Notes: generated by a model not told the origin, from the letters alone. 64,000 nucleotides of DNA from an uncultured Acidobacteriota bacterium (GCA_963708395.1 CAVPSG010000002.1:69100-133099), one strand, 5' to 3'. Positions 29,262-38,945 are shown, counted from the first letter of the stretch. Numbers and translations are program-made.

Positions 29262-29804
29262 CTATTCCTTCCGCCGCACGAATCGCCCGTCGCTCTTCAC
29301 CGTCCACGTCTTTCCGCCGTCGGCGGACGTCGAGTAGATGTGCCGGATCGTGTCCGGCGCCACGTTCTCCAGCACGTTCCTCGCGAGGAGCCGCTTCCCG
29401 TCGGCGTCGAGAACCCAGCCCTCGAACCGCATCGCGCCGTCCCGGTACGAGCCCTCGAAGTCATTCGATCGGTTGTCATCGCCGTTCCACACCATGCGCC
29501 ACACGCGCCGGTTGACGTCGTAGAAGGAGATGCTCATGCCGCGAGACTTCGCGCCCTCCCACCGCTCGACGATCACGCAGCCCTCGTACTCGCGCGTGTT
29601 GTGCAGGCGTCCTCCGGACGGCGAGCCCGGCTTGTCCCACGGCGTCGCGTCGAAATCGCCGACCCAGAAGTCGAACGTGTGGACGGCGCGGCACGGATAG
29701 CGCGCGTCGTCGGTCGCCAGCCTTGCCGTCTGCCCGGCGGTCAGCGATGCGCAAGCGATCGCGCAAAATGCTGACAGGATCCACGAGAATCGGATTCGTT
29801 TCAT
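29262..29804 (-). CDS. secreted hypothetical protein (beta-barrel/lipocalin-like pattern)
   Basis: 180 aa with signal peptide FSWILSAFCAIACASLTA. FDFWVGDFDATPW...GCVIVERWEG...FYDVNRRVWRMVW...STSADGGKTWTV. Family not named with confidence. Confidence 0.6.
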   Translation of the reverse strand: MKRIRFSWILSAFCAIACASLTAGQTARLATDDARYPCRAVHTFDFWVGDFDATPWDKPGSPSGGRLHNTREYEGCVIVERWEGAKSRGMSISFYDVNRRVWRMVWNGDDNRSNDFEGSYRDGAMRFEGWVLDADGKRLLARNVLENVAPDTIRHIYSTSADGGKTWTVKSDGRFVRRKE

Positions 29805-29933
29805 GCCGTACTCTCCTCCGCCCGCGCCTGCGTCGCCCGGCAGGTCACGGGCCGACGAGTCACGTTACGGGAGGCAATCTCCGCAGGTTTCAGGTTCGCG
29901 TACGCCACCGCGCGCCTCGTCACGCGCCGGGGC

Positions 29934-29994
29934 GTAGGGGCGGCCCTTGCGGCCGCCCGTCTCATCTCGGGCGGGGACAAGCCCCGCCCCTAAG
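29934..29994 (+). repeat. family A two-module element
   Basis: GTAGGGGCGGCCCTTGCGGCCGCCCG + GGGCGGGGACAAGCCCCGCCCCTAAG. Confidence 0.85.
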
Positions 29995-30048
29995 ATTCAT
30001 TTCGATCTCCGCTGGCATACGGTCGGCCCTCGCGGCCGGCCGCCTCGA

Positions 30049-30576
30049 TCAGCGAGACACGCCGTCGTCCCACATGTGCCGCGAGATTCGCCAGGAGCCG
30101 TCGGGCAGCTTGCGCATGGCGTTGAGGTACGTGCCCGGGTGGCCGTGCGTCCGCGTCGCGCCGCCTTCGACCTGCGTCCACGCGACGTCGTCTCGCCCAT
30201 AGACGGACGCGACGCCGCAATTGCCCTGGATGTCCTCGACGGTGATGGCGAGCTTCGTGATCGTCGTCGCCGGAGCGTCGGGAGGCCACCAGTAGTTCGT
30301 GATCGCCGCCGTTCCGGCCACCCAGGGCGCTCCGTGGGCCGGCAGCAGGACGGCATCGGACGTGAAGGCTCCGAGAACGCCCTTCGCATCGCCGCGCAGC
30401 CAGGCGGTGCGGTAGGCCTCGATGACCGCGCGGATGGCCTGGATGTCGCGGGCGGAGAGAGCGCCGGTGCACTCCGCGGCGCCCCCGGACCTGCCGTCGC
30501 CGACCCTCGTCTGCCCGAGCGCCATGGCCGCCGCCGCGAAAAGAAAGACGTTCCTGAGAACAGGTCGTCGCCGCAC
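30049..30576 (-). CDS. SnoaL-like/DUF4440 (NTF2 fold) protein, secreted
   Basis: 175 aa with a signal peptide. IQAIRAVIEAYRTAWLRGDAKGVLGAFTSDAVLLP...YLNAMRKLPDGSWRISRHMW is the NTF2-like pattern. Confidence 0.7.
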   Translation of the reverse strand: MRRRPVLRNVFLFAAAAMALGQTRVGDGRSGGAAECTGALSARDIQAIRAVIEAYRTAWLRGDAKGVLGAFTSDAVLLPAHGAPWVAGTAAITNYWWPPDAPATTITKLAITVEDIQGNCGVASVYGRDDVAWTQVEGGATRTHGHPGTYLNAMRKLPDGSWRISRHMWDDGVSR

Positions 30577-30687
30577 GTCAGACCTCCTTGCTTCCGGCCT
30601 CGGCGACCTCTACGGCCAAAGCGCAGAAAGGTTGAGGACCTTCTCGAGCAATCGGTTGATAGGAATGGACGAGCGAGCGGGACCCGC

Positions 30688-32322
30688 TCACTTGCCGGCG
30701 GACTTGGCGAAAAAATCGTTCGCGTTCCAGGTCGGCCGCTTCTCCTGCTGCGCGACGTCGTAGCCCATCAGGAAGATCATCCCAGTCGCCCGGACGCCGG
30801 CCTCGTAGTCGATTGGTTGCTCCATGTTGTCGAGCGGCGTGTGGTACCGGGTGGCGAGCCACTTTACGCCGACCTCGACCCCGTCGACTCCCCGGCGCAC
30901 CTGGACCGACGGGACCCCCTGCAGAGTGAACGAGTAACTGTCGTTGCGCGCAAAGAAGTTCATCTGCGGCATCCGGTCGGGACTCAGCATGTAGCCCGTA
31001 AGGAGAGCGGCGCGCTTCGCATTCTCAATCAGGGTCGAGTGGTCTCCCCCCTCGATGACCAGGTCCTTGGATGCGTAGAGCATGCCGGGCAGCATGTCGA
31101 TGTTGATGTCGGCGACCATGGCCGCGGCCGGGACCGTCGGGAAGTGGGCGAAATAGTCGGATCCCTCGAACATGTCCTCTTCGCCCGTCGGAAAGAGAAA
31201 CACGATGGAACGGCGCGGCGCCACCGGCAGCCGCGTGTAGGCGCGGGCGATCTCGAGGAGCGCGGCGACACCCGACGCGTTGTCCATGGCGCCGTGGCAG
31301 ACCATGTCCTTGCTGCCCTCGGCCGCCAGGCAACGTTCCCCCTCCGCGCCGGTATGGATCCCCATGTGATCGATGTGAGCCGTGTAGATCACGTATTGAT
31401 CGCGCAGGCGCGGGTCGGAACCGGTGATCTTGCCGACGACGTTCGAGGCGTCGAAGGACTGATGCGTGTTGACGACGTGCATCTTCGCCTTCCAGGCGAG
31501 CGGAAAGGACTGCGGCCGGCCCGCGCGCGCCTCGGTGAAAGCCTGCTCGAGACTTCTCGGCGCCCCCTCGAACAATTTCTCCGCGCCCCGCTGACGAAGC
31601 CACGCCCAGGCGCGGATTCCCGAAACGGCATCGTGAGGCGTTCCGTCCTTTTCCATCCAAACCCCGTCGCCCGAGATGTCCACGTCGTCCTCGGGCAGGA
31701 AGATCTCCAGGCGCCCGACGGCGCCGTGCGCCACGGCGTTGCGGGCTTTCCGCGCGAGGTCCGCGTAATAGCCGGCCTGCGACGACGGAAAGGTCGGCGG
31801 AGCGTTGCTGATCAGTGCCACGATCTTGCCGCGGGCGTCGATGCCCGCGTAGTCGTCGTAGTGCATGTCGGGCGCGGTGATGCCGTATCCCACGAAGGCG
31901 ACGGGCGCCTCCACGCTGCTCTCCGTGCGGGAGACGTCCGAGTAGTACCAGTAGTCGTCCGGGTCCTCGAGCACGACGTCCTCGCCGGGTTTCGACAGCG
32001 ATATCGAGCTGCGAAGCGGGTCCGGTGTGCCGCGACGCCACGGCACCTTCTGGAACCACGTTCCGTGCTCCCCCGCCGGCAGCACGCCCATGCCCTCGAG
32101 CTCCGCCGCGACGTAGCGCGCCGCGATCTCGTGGCCGGGAGTTCCGGGAAACCGGCCCCCGAGCAGATCGTCCGACAGGAACCGCATGTGCGCGCGAATC
32201 GCATCCGCCCGGATGGCCTTGATCGCTGCTTCGGCGGGGGCGCGATCGGAGGGATCGAAGTTCTGCGCAGGAACGCCGGAGGCTACCGCGCCAAGGCACA
32301 CGATCAGCCAGGCGGTTCGCAT
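30688..32322 (-). CDS. M28 family metallopeptidase with PA domain
   Basis: 544 aa with a signal peptide. IRAHMRFLSDDLLGGRFPGTPGH, TAHIDHMG, GAMDNASGVAALLEIAR, FLFPTGEEDMFEGSDYF, YHTPLDN. Confidence 0.85.
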   Translation of the reverse strand: MRTAWLIVCLGAVASGVPAQNFDPSDRAPAEAAIKAIRADAIRAHMRFLSDDLLGGRFPGTPGHEIAARYVAAELEGMGVLPAGEHGTWFQKVPWRRGTPDPLRSSISLSKPGEDVVLEDPDDYWYYSDVSRTESSVEAPVAFVGYGITAPDMHYDDYAGIDARGKIVALISNAPPTFPSSQAGYYADLARKARNAVAHGAVGRLEIFLPEDDVDISGDGVWMEKDGTPHDAVSGIRAWAWLRQRGAEKLFEGAPRSLEQAFTEARAGRPQSFPLAWKAKMHVVNTHQSFDASNVVGKITGSDPRLRDQYVIYTAHIDHMGIHTGAEGERCLAAEGSKDMVCHGAMDNASGVAALLEIARAYTRLPVAPRRSIVFLFPTGEEDMFEGSDYFAHFPTVPAAAMVADINIDMLPGMLYASKDLVIEGGDHSTLIENAKRAALLTGYMLSPDRMPQMNFFARNDSYSFTLQGVPSVQVRRGVDGVEVGVKWLATRYHTPLDNMEQPIDYEAGVRATGMIFLMGYDVAQQEKRPTWNANDFFAKSAGK

Positions 32323-32387
32323 GCAGGACCTCCCGAAGTCTTGCCGACGCTACATCACGGTCGAGGCCACGCCAGGACAGCGCGGGA

Positions 32388-32425
32388 GACCCTCACCCCG
32401 ACCCTCTCCCGTCACCGGGAGAGGG
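32388..32425 (+). repeat. family D hairpin element
   Basis: GACCCTCACCCCGACCCTCTCCCGTCACCGGGAGAGGG (stem CCCTCTCCCG/CGGGAGAGGG), identical to 47404..47441. Confidence 0.85.
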
Positions 32426-32433
32426 AGGTCTCG

Positions 32434-33211
32434 TCAGATCCCCGTGTACCAGGCCCAGCCGTTCTGGATGTTGCCCTTCTCGCCGCCGTCCTCGAACTTG
32501 TCCGTGACGACGATGTTGCGCAGGAACTTCATGCTCTTGTAGCCCATCTGCCGCTCCACGCGCAGCCGCACCGGCGCGCCGTGCGGGAATCGGCAGGTCG
32601 CGGCCGTTCATCCCGTAGGCCAGGATCGTCTGCGGGTGCCGCGCGTCGAGCATGTCGATGCTGTCGACCCAGCCGTCGTACGCGGTGAAGAGGACGAACC
32701 GCGCGGACGGCAGGACGCCCGCCGCGTCGAGCACGGCCGAGAGCGGCACGCCCGTCCACTGGCCGATGGCGCTCCAGCCTTCCTCGCACGTGTGGCGCGT
32801 GATCTGCGTCCGCGGCGGGAACTGCTTCAGCTCGGCAGCGAGAACTCCCGCGGCTTTGCGACGGCGCCTCCGACCGGTAGACGCCAGTCCGCGAACCCGC
32901 CGTCCTTGCAAACGGCGGTACGCATCGCCGAACTCCGCCTTCTTGCTGGCGCCGGGGTCGGTGGTGCCCGTCGCCGGAAACGACGTGAGGTCCTCGGGCC
33001 GGTATTCCTTCACGAGCGCGTGGTCCGACAGGAGCGCCTTCTGCATGCCGTACGTGAAGGTGTCGCCCGCGCGCAGGACGTTGCCGCAGGTGGGCGGCAG
33101 GATCTTCGGGAACCGCCGCGCGACGATCACGCCGCCGACCGCCACCGCTCCCGCGACGAGGGCCCCGCGGCGCGTGAGGAGGCCGGATGCCGCCTTCTCT
33201 TTCTCCTTCAT
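32434..33211 (-). pseudogene. Tat-exported molybdopterin-dependent oxidoreductase (sulfite oxidase/MsrP-like), at least 3 frame breaks
   Basis: Tat motif LTRRGALVAG, FPPRTQITRHTCEEGWSAIGQWTGVPL, ILAYGMNGRDLPIP. HGAPVRLRVERQMGYKSMKFLRNIVVTDKF...WAWYTGI* sits in another frame (extra base in GGG 32585-87). KDGGFADWRLPVGGAVAKPREFSL sits in a third frame (breaks near 32832-38 and 32915-25). Confidence 0.75.
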
Positions 33212-33212
33212 G

Positions 33213-33990
33213 TCATCTCCCCAGGGTCATGGCCCGGATCTGACGCCGGAATCCGGACCGGACGACCATCACGACGTGCACGATCACGAACAACAGCGAG
33301 CACCGCCGACGTGAAGAAGTGGATCGTCCGCGCGGACTGGATGCCGCCGAAGAGGTCCAGCAGAAACGGAAACGCGGCGGTTACCGCGGGCGACATCGTC
33401 AGCCCGGTCGCCACCATCAGCGGAGCCGCGACGAAGATCACGAAGGAGTACGCGCATTTCTGGAGCAGGCCGTAGCGGGGCCCGCCCGACGCCGCGGGGC
33501 TCCGGAGGCGCAGATGCTCGACCAGGTCGCGCCACACCGGACGCGGCGCGAGCTCCCGGATCCGGGGCCAGATGTTGCGAGCGGAAGTGGCCGCTGAACA
33601 ATCCGAGCAGGAGATAGAGGAGGCCGGGCAGCACGAGAAACCATGCGGCGAGGAAGTGGAGGCTGCGCCCCCAGCCATTCTCGTTGAAGATCTCGTAGGT
33701 CCGGTTGGCGCTCACGGGCCCCGACGCGCTTTCGAAGTCAGCGGAACGGGCCTGTCGTAGCCGCCGTGCTTGTAGTTCCGGCTGATCGGCAGCTCGAGCA
33801 GCGCCGGCGTCAGGTCGTTGCCCGCCTTTCCCCAGTAGAGCCGCGGATGGACCATGAGGATCTCGAACCCGCTGAACGCGAGCGTCAGAACGCTCAGCGT
33901 GACGACCCATGAGAGAGACGGACCCAGCGCGCGTGCCCGTCGCCGCGGGGCGATCCGGCCTGATCGGGACCTTCGGCCATGCCGCGAATC
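33213..33990 (-). pseudogene. cytochrome b (Ni_hydr_CYTB/b561-like) membrane subunit, at least 3 frame breaks; 5' end approximate
   Basis: Pieces lie in three frames: LSWVVTLSVLTLAFSGFEILMVHPRLYWG; NENGWGRSLHFLAAWFLVLPGLLYLLLGLFSGHF; NIWPRIRELAP...YSFVIFVAAPLMVATGLTMSP...ARTIHFFTSAVL; and LLFVIVHVVMVVRSGFRRQIRAMTLGR*. The stop is 1 nt from the ATG of the downstream oxidoreductase. Confidence 0.6.
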
Positions 33991-34027
33991 CTCCGGGGGT
34001 GAATGATTCAGGTTACCACCACGTGAC

Positions 34028-34171
34028 GTAGGGGCGGCCCTCGCGGCCGCCCCTTGAGCTGTCATCCCGAGCGATCGCGAGGGATCCCGAACTCGGCAGG
34101 CCCTCAGCCGGAAGACGGCATCGTCGGCGAGGAATCTCGGGATCCCTCGTCGTGGACTCCTCGGGGATGAC
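34028..34171 (+). repeat. composite repeat: family A module (34028-34053) + family C element (34061-34171)
   Basis: GTAGGGGCGGCCCTCGCGGCCGCCCC is followed by GTCATCCCGAGCGATCGCGAGGGATCCCG...GCCGGAAGACGGCATCGTCGGCGAGG...CTCGGGGATGAC. Confidence 0.85.
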
Positions 34172-34188
34172 AGCGGCGCGCGGGCCCT

Positions 34189-36432
34189 CTACGGTCCGTA
34201 CAGCTGCAAGCCGAACCCGTTGGCGATGAATTTCGCCATCGCGTCCCGGGTCACCGACGCGGTCGGGCAGTACTCCGTCGCCGTGCACCCGGTGAGGACG
34301 CCGGTCGCCCAGAGGTAATGGATGTGCTTGCAGAATTGCTCGGACACGGGCACGTCGGTGAAGTGCGTGTTCGGCGTGCCGGGGTCGCACGAGTAAGAGA
34401 AGCCTGTCTTCAGGTCCGGCCCGTAGGTCAGCGGCACCGTCGCGGCGCCCTTCGGCGCGAAGATCGCCTTGGCGACGAAGGCGGCCATCGCGTCCCGCGT
34501 GATGGATTGGGTTGGGCAATACAGGCCGGTGTTGCAGCCGAGCGTGACGTTTTCCCGGGCGAGATAGTGAATGTGCTTGCACGCCGGATCCGTGGGCGGG
34601 ACATCGGTGAAGAGGGAGTGCCCGCCGTTGATGCAGTTGTAGCTCTGCCCGCCGACGAACCCGGCCGTCGGGACGAGCGGCCCCGTCCCGGCGATCGCCT
34701 TCGCGATGAAGATCGCCATCTGGTCGCGCGGCACGACGGCGCCCGGACAATAGGTTGTCGCCGTGCACCCGGACGTGATTCCGAAGTGCAGCATCGTCTC
34801 GATCTTCGCGTAAAAGGGCTGGGATACCGGTACGTCCGAAAAGCTGTCTCCCACGTGCAGCGTCCAGATCTGAGAGCCGTTGACGTCGAGATCCTCCTGG
34901 AACGTGGCGTCCCAATGCGTCGCGGGACGGCTCGCCGGCGCGTCCACCGTCATTCGGTAGCAGTCGTGCGCCGTCGACGCGTCGTAACAGTTGGCGATGG
35001 CGCCTTTCGGAATGGAACCGTAGTCCGCGGTCGTGTTGTTGATGTGGTACAGCGCGCCGCCCGGTCCGGTGAAGGCGCTCGCCGTTCCGGTGCGGGAGAA
35101 TGCGTTGCCGCCGACGTTCTGCCACGTCGGCTCGACGCGCACCGTCTCGCCGGGCTCGAGCACTCCATTCACGTTGGACGTCGTTCCGGAGGAGCTGTGT
35201 GCGTCCACCCGCATCGGCCGCGGCAGCGGATCGGTGCGAGTTCGAACGATGCCGAGGCCGTCCCCGTCCCCTCCCCCGTGCGACCACGTCACGACGAAGG
35301 CATCGCTTCCTCCGGACGAGACGCGCAGGTTTGGGTAGACGCGGCCCGTCGTGGACGTGTTGACGGCGAACTCGGAACCGACTCTCGCTCCCGTACGGTC
35401 GAACTTCTGGCCGAGAATGCTGCCATTGGTGACGTAGCCATTGCACCAGGTCACGACGAAACCACCCCGCGTGTCCATCGCGACGGAAGCCGACGTCTGA
35501 TACCCCGTCGTGTACGTATTCACTTGAAACTCCGACCCGACCTTTTCTCCGGACGCGTCGAAGCGCTGGCCGAAGACGCCGCCAACGTCACCGTCCTCGC
35601 CGCTGTAGTCCGACCAGACGACGACGAAGTCTCCGTGCTTCCCCATCGTCACCTTCGCACTCCGTTGATCGCCGGTCGTGTGCGTGTTGACCGGAAAAAC
35701 AGATCCGACTTTCGCGCCGGTGGTGTCGAACCGCTGTCCGAAGATCCCGTAGCCGCCGAGGCCCGGATTATCTTCCCAGACGACGACGAACTCGCCGGAG
35801 TCGTCCATGGCGACTGCCGGAGATACCGGCAGCGAGCCGGCGGCGACCTGAATTTCCGAGCCGACGGCCGATCCCAGCGTGGGCCCGAATCGTTGTCCAA
35901 AGATTCCCACGTGGTCCGCCGGATAGTGGTCCGCCCACACGACGACGAAGCTCGAGTCGGCGCCAATTGCGACGGCAGAAGTGTACGCGCCGCCCGTCGT
36001 GTAGGTGTTGACGAGGAATCCCGGCCCATCGTTGGTGCCGTGGAGAAATTTTCTCGCAAAGATTCCATAAAACGGGGTGTATTGCTTGCTCTGCCAGGTC
36101 ACGACGAAGTTGCCGTCGTTTCCGGCAGCGGCATTGACGATAAATTGGTCGCCCGTCGTATATGCGTTGACCGCGATTTCTGAGCCGCTCTTCCCGCCGG
36201 TGGCGTCGTAGAGCTGCGCGAAGACGCCGTGCTTCGAGCCGTCCTGATACTGGCTCTGCCAGGCGATGATGAACTGGCCATCCGGCGCGACGGCGACCAC
36301 GGGGAAATCCTGATCTCCCGTTGTGTATGTATTGACCTGGAACTCTCCTCCGAAGGGCGGTGCTTGAGCGAGCAGCCTGGAGGCGAGCGGGACGACCGAA
36401 AGAAGCATCGCGAGACGCAGAAATCGCGACAT
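34189..36432 (-). CDS. secreted 7x 'VNTYTTG' repeat (beta-propeller-like) protein with 3 SLH-like repeats
   Basis: 747 aa from the ATG at 36432 (GGAGGA RBS). Signal peptide FLRLAMLLSVVPLASRLLAQA, seven ~55-aa repeats (G.EFQVNTYTTGDQ..P.VA.D..G.FVVVW......G..G.FGQRFD), a middle domain, then 3 repeats of FTDVP....F...I..L....ITSGC....YCP...VTRD.MA.F..K. Paralogue of 4259..6531. Confidence 0.85.
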   Translation of the reverse strand: MSRFLRLAMLLSVVPLASRLLAQAPPFGGEFQVNTYTTGDQDFPVVAVAPDGQFIIAWQSQYQDGSKHGVFAQLYDATGGKSGSEIAVNAYTTGDQFIVNAAAGNDGNFVVTWQSKQYTPFYGIFARKFLHGTNDGPGFLVNTYTTGGAYTSAVAIGADSSFVVVWADHYPADHVGIFGQRFGPTLGSAVGSEIQVAAGSLPVSPAVAMDDSGEFVVVWEDNPGLGGYGIFGQRFDTTGAKVGSVFPVNTHTTGDQRSAKVTMGKHGDFVVVWSDYSGEDGDVGGVFGQRFDASGEKVGSEFQVNTYTTGYQTSASVAMDTRGGFVVTWCNGYVTNGSILGQKFDRTGARVGSEFAVNTSTTGRVYPNLRVSSGGSDAFVVTWSHGGGDGDGLGIVRTRTDPLPRPMRVDAHSSSGTTSNVNGVLEPGETVRVEPTWQNVGGNAFSRTGTASAFTGPGGALYHINNTTADYGSIPKGAIANCYDASTAHDCYRMTVDAPASRPATHWDATFQEDLDVNGSQIWTLHVGDSFSDVPVSQPFYAKIETMLHFGITSGCTATTYCPGAVVPRDQMAIFIAKAIAGTGPLVPTAGFVGGQSYNCINGGHSLFTDVPPTDPACKHIHYLARENVTLGCNTGLYCPTQSITRDAMAAFVAKAIFAPKGAATVPLTYGPDLKTGFSYSCDPGTPNTHFTDVPVSEQFCKHIHYLWATGVLTGCTATEYCPTASVTRDAMAKFIANGFGLQLYGP

Positions 36433-36503
36433 CGCTGTCCTCCGGGGATCGCTATGAGGGTAACACGGTGGTCCATGACGGCGAATCATTTCGATTCCGC
36501 GGC

Positions 36504-36563
36504 GTAGGGGCGGCCCTCGCGGCCGCCCGTTCAAATTGGGCGGGGACGAGCCCTGCGCCTACG
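36504..36563 (+). repeat. family A two-module element
   Basis: GTAGGGGCGGCCCTCGCGGCCGCCCG + GGGCGGGGACGAGCCCTGCGCCTACG. The TAG (minus strand, 36559-61) of the aldo/keto reductase lies in its right end. Confidence 0.85.
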
Positions 36564-37611
36564 AATCCTGCAACCCGTACCGCATGATCGCCGCATGCGG
36601 TCCGCCCTTCACGCGCTCGAGGGAATAGACGTCGCCCTGCGGACCCGGGGACGCCGACTGGACGCGCGCGATCTCCACGAGATCCTCGTCGTCGAGCGTC
36701 ATCTCGCACGCTTTCCGGATCTGGTCGAGGTGACGCGCATGCCGCGCGCCGACGATCACGCCCGACACGCCGGGCTGATCGAGCACCCACCGGATGGCCA
36801 CGGCGCCGATCGTCGCCTCGTGACGCAAAGCGATTCGGCCGAGCGCGGCGAGCATCTCCTGGAAACGATTCCATCCGCCGAACTCGTCGATGATCAGCCG
36901 ATACTTGACGAGCGATCGGTTCTCGAGCGGCGGCGCCGGATCCGCCGTGCCGAGCCAACGATCCGAGAGGAATCCGCCGGCAACGGCGCCGTAACAGAGC
37001 AGCCCGATGCCGTCTCGGGCGCACTGTGCGGCGACACCCGCGGCCGGCCTGCGGTCGAGCACCGAGTACTGCACCTGATGCGAGGTGATCGCCGTGCCGC
37101 CGGCGAGAATCTCCGACAGGCGCTGCCGGTCGAAGTTCGTCAGCCCGACGTGGCGGATCTTTCCGCCTCGCCGCAGATCGTCGAGCCACGCTGCCGCTTC
37201 GACGTAGCCGGGCACGCCGTAGTCCCACCAGTGCAGCTGAACGAGATCCAGGCGCTCGACGCCGAGGCGCGCGAGCGAGCGATCGACCCCGCGCACGACG
37301 TCGGCTCGCGAGTGCGTCGGCAAACGATCGAGATCGGGAACGTATTTCGTGTGGACCTGGACGCCGGCGGCGGCCGCGGCGCCCGCGCTCCCCTTTCGCC
37401 GCCGCCGCCATTTGCCGATCAGCGTCTCGACGCCGGTGTAGATGTCCGCGCAATCGAACGTCGTGACGCCCGCCTCCACGAACCGATCCATGTCGTCCCG
37501 AGCGGCCGCCTCGTCGACGGGCCCGTGGCCGCCGGCCAGCTGCCAGCCGCCCTTCAGGACGCGGGAAATCGTGTAGCCGGGCGCGAGCTCGACGCGCGGA
37601 ATCGTGGTCAC
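36559..37611 (-). CDS. aldo/keto reductase
   Basis: 350 aa. GGWQLAGGHG, TTFDCADIYTG, VQVHTKYVP, LDLVQLHWWDY, IRHVGLTNF, YSVLDRRP, AIRWVLDQPGV. Confidence 0.9.
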   Translation of the reverse strand: MTTIPRVELAPGYTISRVLKGGWQLAGGHGPVDEAAARDDMDRFVEAGVTTFDCADIYTGVETLIGKWRRRRKGSAGAAAAAGVQVHTKYVPDLDRLPTHSRADVVRGVDRSLARLGVERLDLVQLHWWDYGVPGYVEAAAWLDDLRRGGKIRHVGLTNFDRQRLSEILAGGTAITSHQVQYSVLDRRPAAGVAAQCARDGIGLLCYGAVAGGFLSDRWLGTADPAPPLENRSLVKYRLIIDEFGGWNRFQEMLAALGRIALRHEATIGAVAIRWVLDQPGVSGVIVGARHARHLDQIRKACEMTLDDEDLVEIARVQSASPGPQGDVYSLERVKGGPHAAIMRYGLQDS

Positions 37612-37626
37612 GGAAACCCGGCGGCT

Positions 37627-37965
37627 TCAGCCGAGCGGAACGGCCGTGACGTCGCGATGCCGGAACGTCCGCGTCTTGAGGCGCGAGATGCGAAACCGCG
37701 CACCGCAGTTCGGATCGGGACAGGCGACCTCGGTGTCCGTGGTCATCCAGTCGTGCGGATGCGTGACACGCTGCTTCGCCGGCAGCAGCGGCAGCAACGC
37801 CGCCAACGCGTAAACGGAGAACGACTGGCCGGGCGGCAGCGAGAGGTTCTCGCCGCGCAGCTCGAAGAAGTCGCCGGCGTGGTGCCCGCAGACGAACGGC
37901 CGGTCCGTCGCGACGACCTCCACGCGCAGATCGTAGAGCTCGAACGAATCGTCACGGTCGTCCAT
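37627..37965 (-). CDS. TIGR04076-like small Cys-containing protein
   Basis: 112 aa from the ATG at 37965. LYDLRVEVVATDRPFVCGHHAGDFFELRGENLSLPPGQSFSVYALAALLPLLP...VACPDPNCGARFRISR resembles the TIGR04076 pattern. The longer track ORF (to 38319) is Arg-rich and implausible. Confidence 0.6.
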   Translation of the reverse strand: MDDRDDSFELYDLRVEVVATDRPFVCGHHAGDFFELRGENLSLPPGQSFSVYALAALLPLLPAKQRVTHPHDWMTTDTEVACPDPNCGARFRISRLKTRTFRHRDVTAVPLG

Positions 37966-38040
37966 GGCAGTCCTCGCGGGAAGTACTATAGCCGCGCTCC
38001 CGCACGCGTGCCGACGTGAACGATCCCATCGCATGACCGC

Positions 38041-38923
38041 ATGACGCTCGTCCGGGCTCTGATCGGCGCGCTCGTGGCCGCGGGCGCGTTCTTTCTTTTC
38101 CGCTGGATCCTCGAAGCACGGCGCATCTCTTCGGATCGCGGGGCGGCGGCACCGACGGCGCTCGATCTCGTCATCGGGTTCGTCACCAACTTCTTCGACA
38201 CGCTCGGCATCGGTTCGCTCGCGACGACGACCGCGGTGTTTCGCCTGTTCCGCCTCGTGCCCGATGAGTTGATTCCGGGCACGATCATCGTCGGCGACGC
38301 GCTGGCGGTCCTGACGCAAGCCGTGCTGTTCATCAGCGTGGTCGAAGTCGATCCGCTGCAGATGACGGCGCTCATCGTCGTCGTGCGTGGCGGGCGGGTG
38401 GATCGGAACCGGAGTCGTGACCAGGCTTTCGCGGCGCGCGATTCAACTGGGCATCGGCACCGCGCTGATCGTGGCGGCCGTGTTCATGGCCGCCGGCCTG
38501 CTCGGGTGGATGCCGGCCGGCGGGACCGGCGGTACGGCGCGCGCCCTGACGCCGGCGGCCCTCGTGCTCGCGCTCGCGATCAACTTCCTCCTCGGCGCGC
38601 TTCTGCCGCTCGGGATCGGCAACTACGCGCCGAGCCTCGTCATGTTCAGTCTGCTCGGCATGGATCCGCGGGCGGCGTTTCCGATCATGATGGGGTCCGG
38701 CGCCTTCGTCGCGACCGTCGCCGGTGTTCGATTTCTGTCCGCACGGCGCTTCCAGCAGCGGTCGGCGCTCGGACTGGCGCTCGGCGGCATTCCCGGCGTG
38801 ATCGTCGCCGTGTGGCTCGTCAAGTCCCTTCCCCTCGGAGCGCTGCGCGTCGCAGTTCTCGCCGTCGTCCTGTACGCGGCGGTCACCCTGCTGCGGGCGG
38901 GGATGGGGCGGTCCACAGCGTAG
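38041..38923 (+). pseudogene. TauE/SafE family sulfite exporter-like permease, one frame break (or assembly indel)
   Basis: N-terminal half in the frame of 38041 (FVTNFFDTLGIGSLATT...IIVGDALAVLTQAVLFI). C-terminal half in the frame of 38387 (AGGWIGTGVV...LLGALLPLGIGNYAPSLVMFSLLGMDPRAAFP...GGIPGVIVAVWLV). The break is within 38371-38400. The TAG lies in repeat 38920..38945. Confidence 0.75.
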
Positions 38924-38945
38924 GGGCGGCCCTCGCGGCCGCCCC
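38920..38945 (+). repeat. family A single module
   Basis: GTAGGGGCGGCCCTCGCGGCCGCCCC. Confidence 0.8.

Noticed and set aside
28131-29307. Minus-strand ORFs of 277 and 270 aa across the zinc-ribbon cassette.
   Set aside because: Both are Arg/Gly/Ser-rich, motif-free and mutually overlapping. The plus-strand ORFs show G/C-rich third positions, start/stop coupling (GTGA, 4-nt gap) and structured Cys motifs. Certainty is only moderate without a coding-potential calculation.
29947-32688. A 913-aa plus-strand ORF.
   Set aside because: It is antisense to the SnoaL-like and M28 peptidase genes, both of which have clear motifs. It starts inside a family A repeat.
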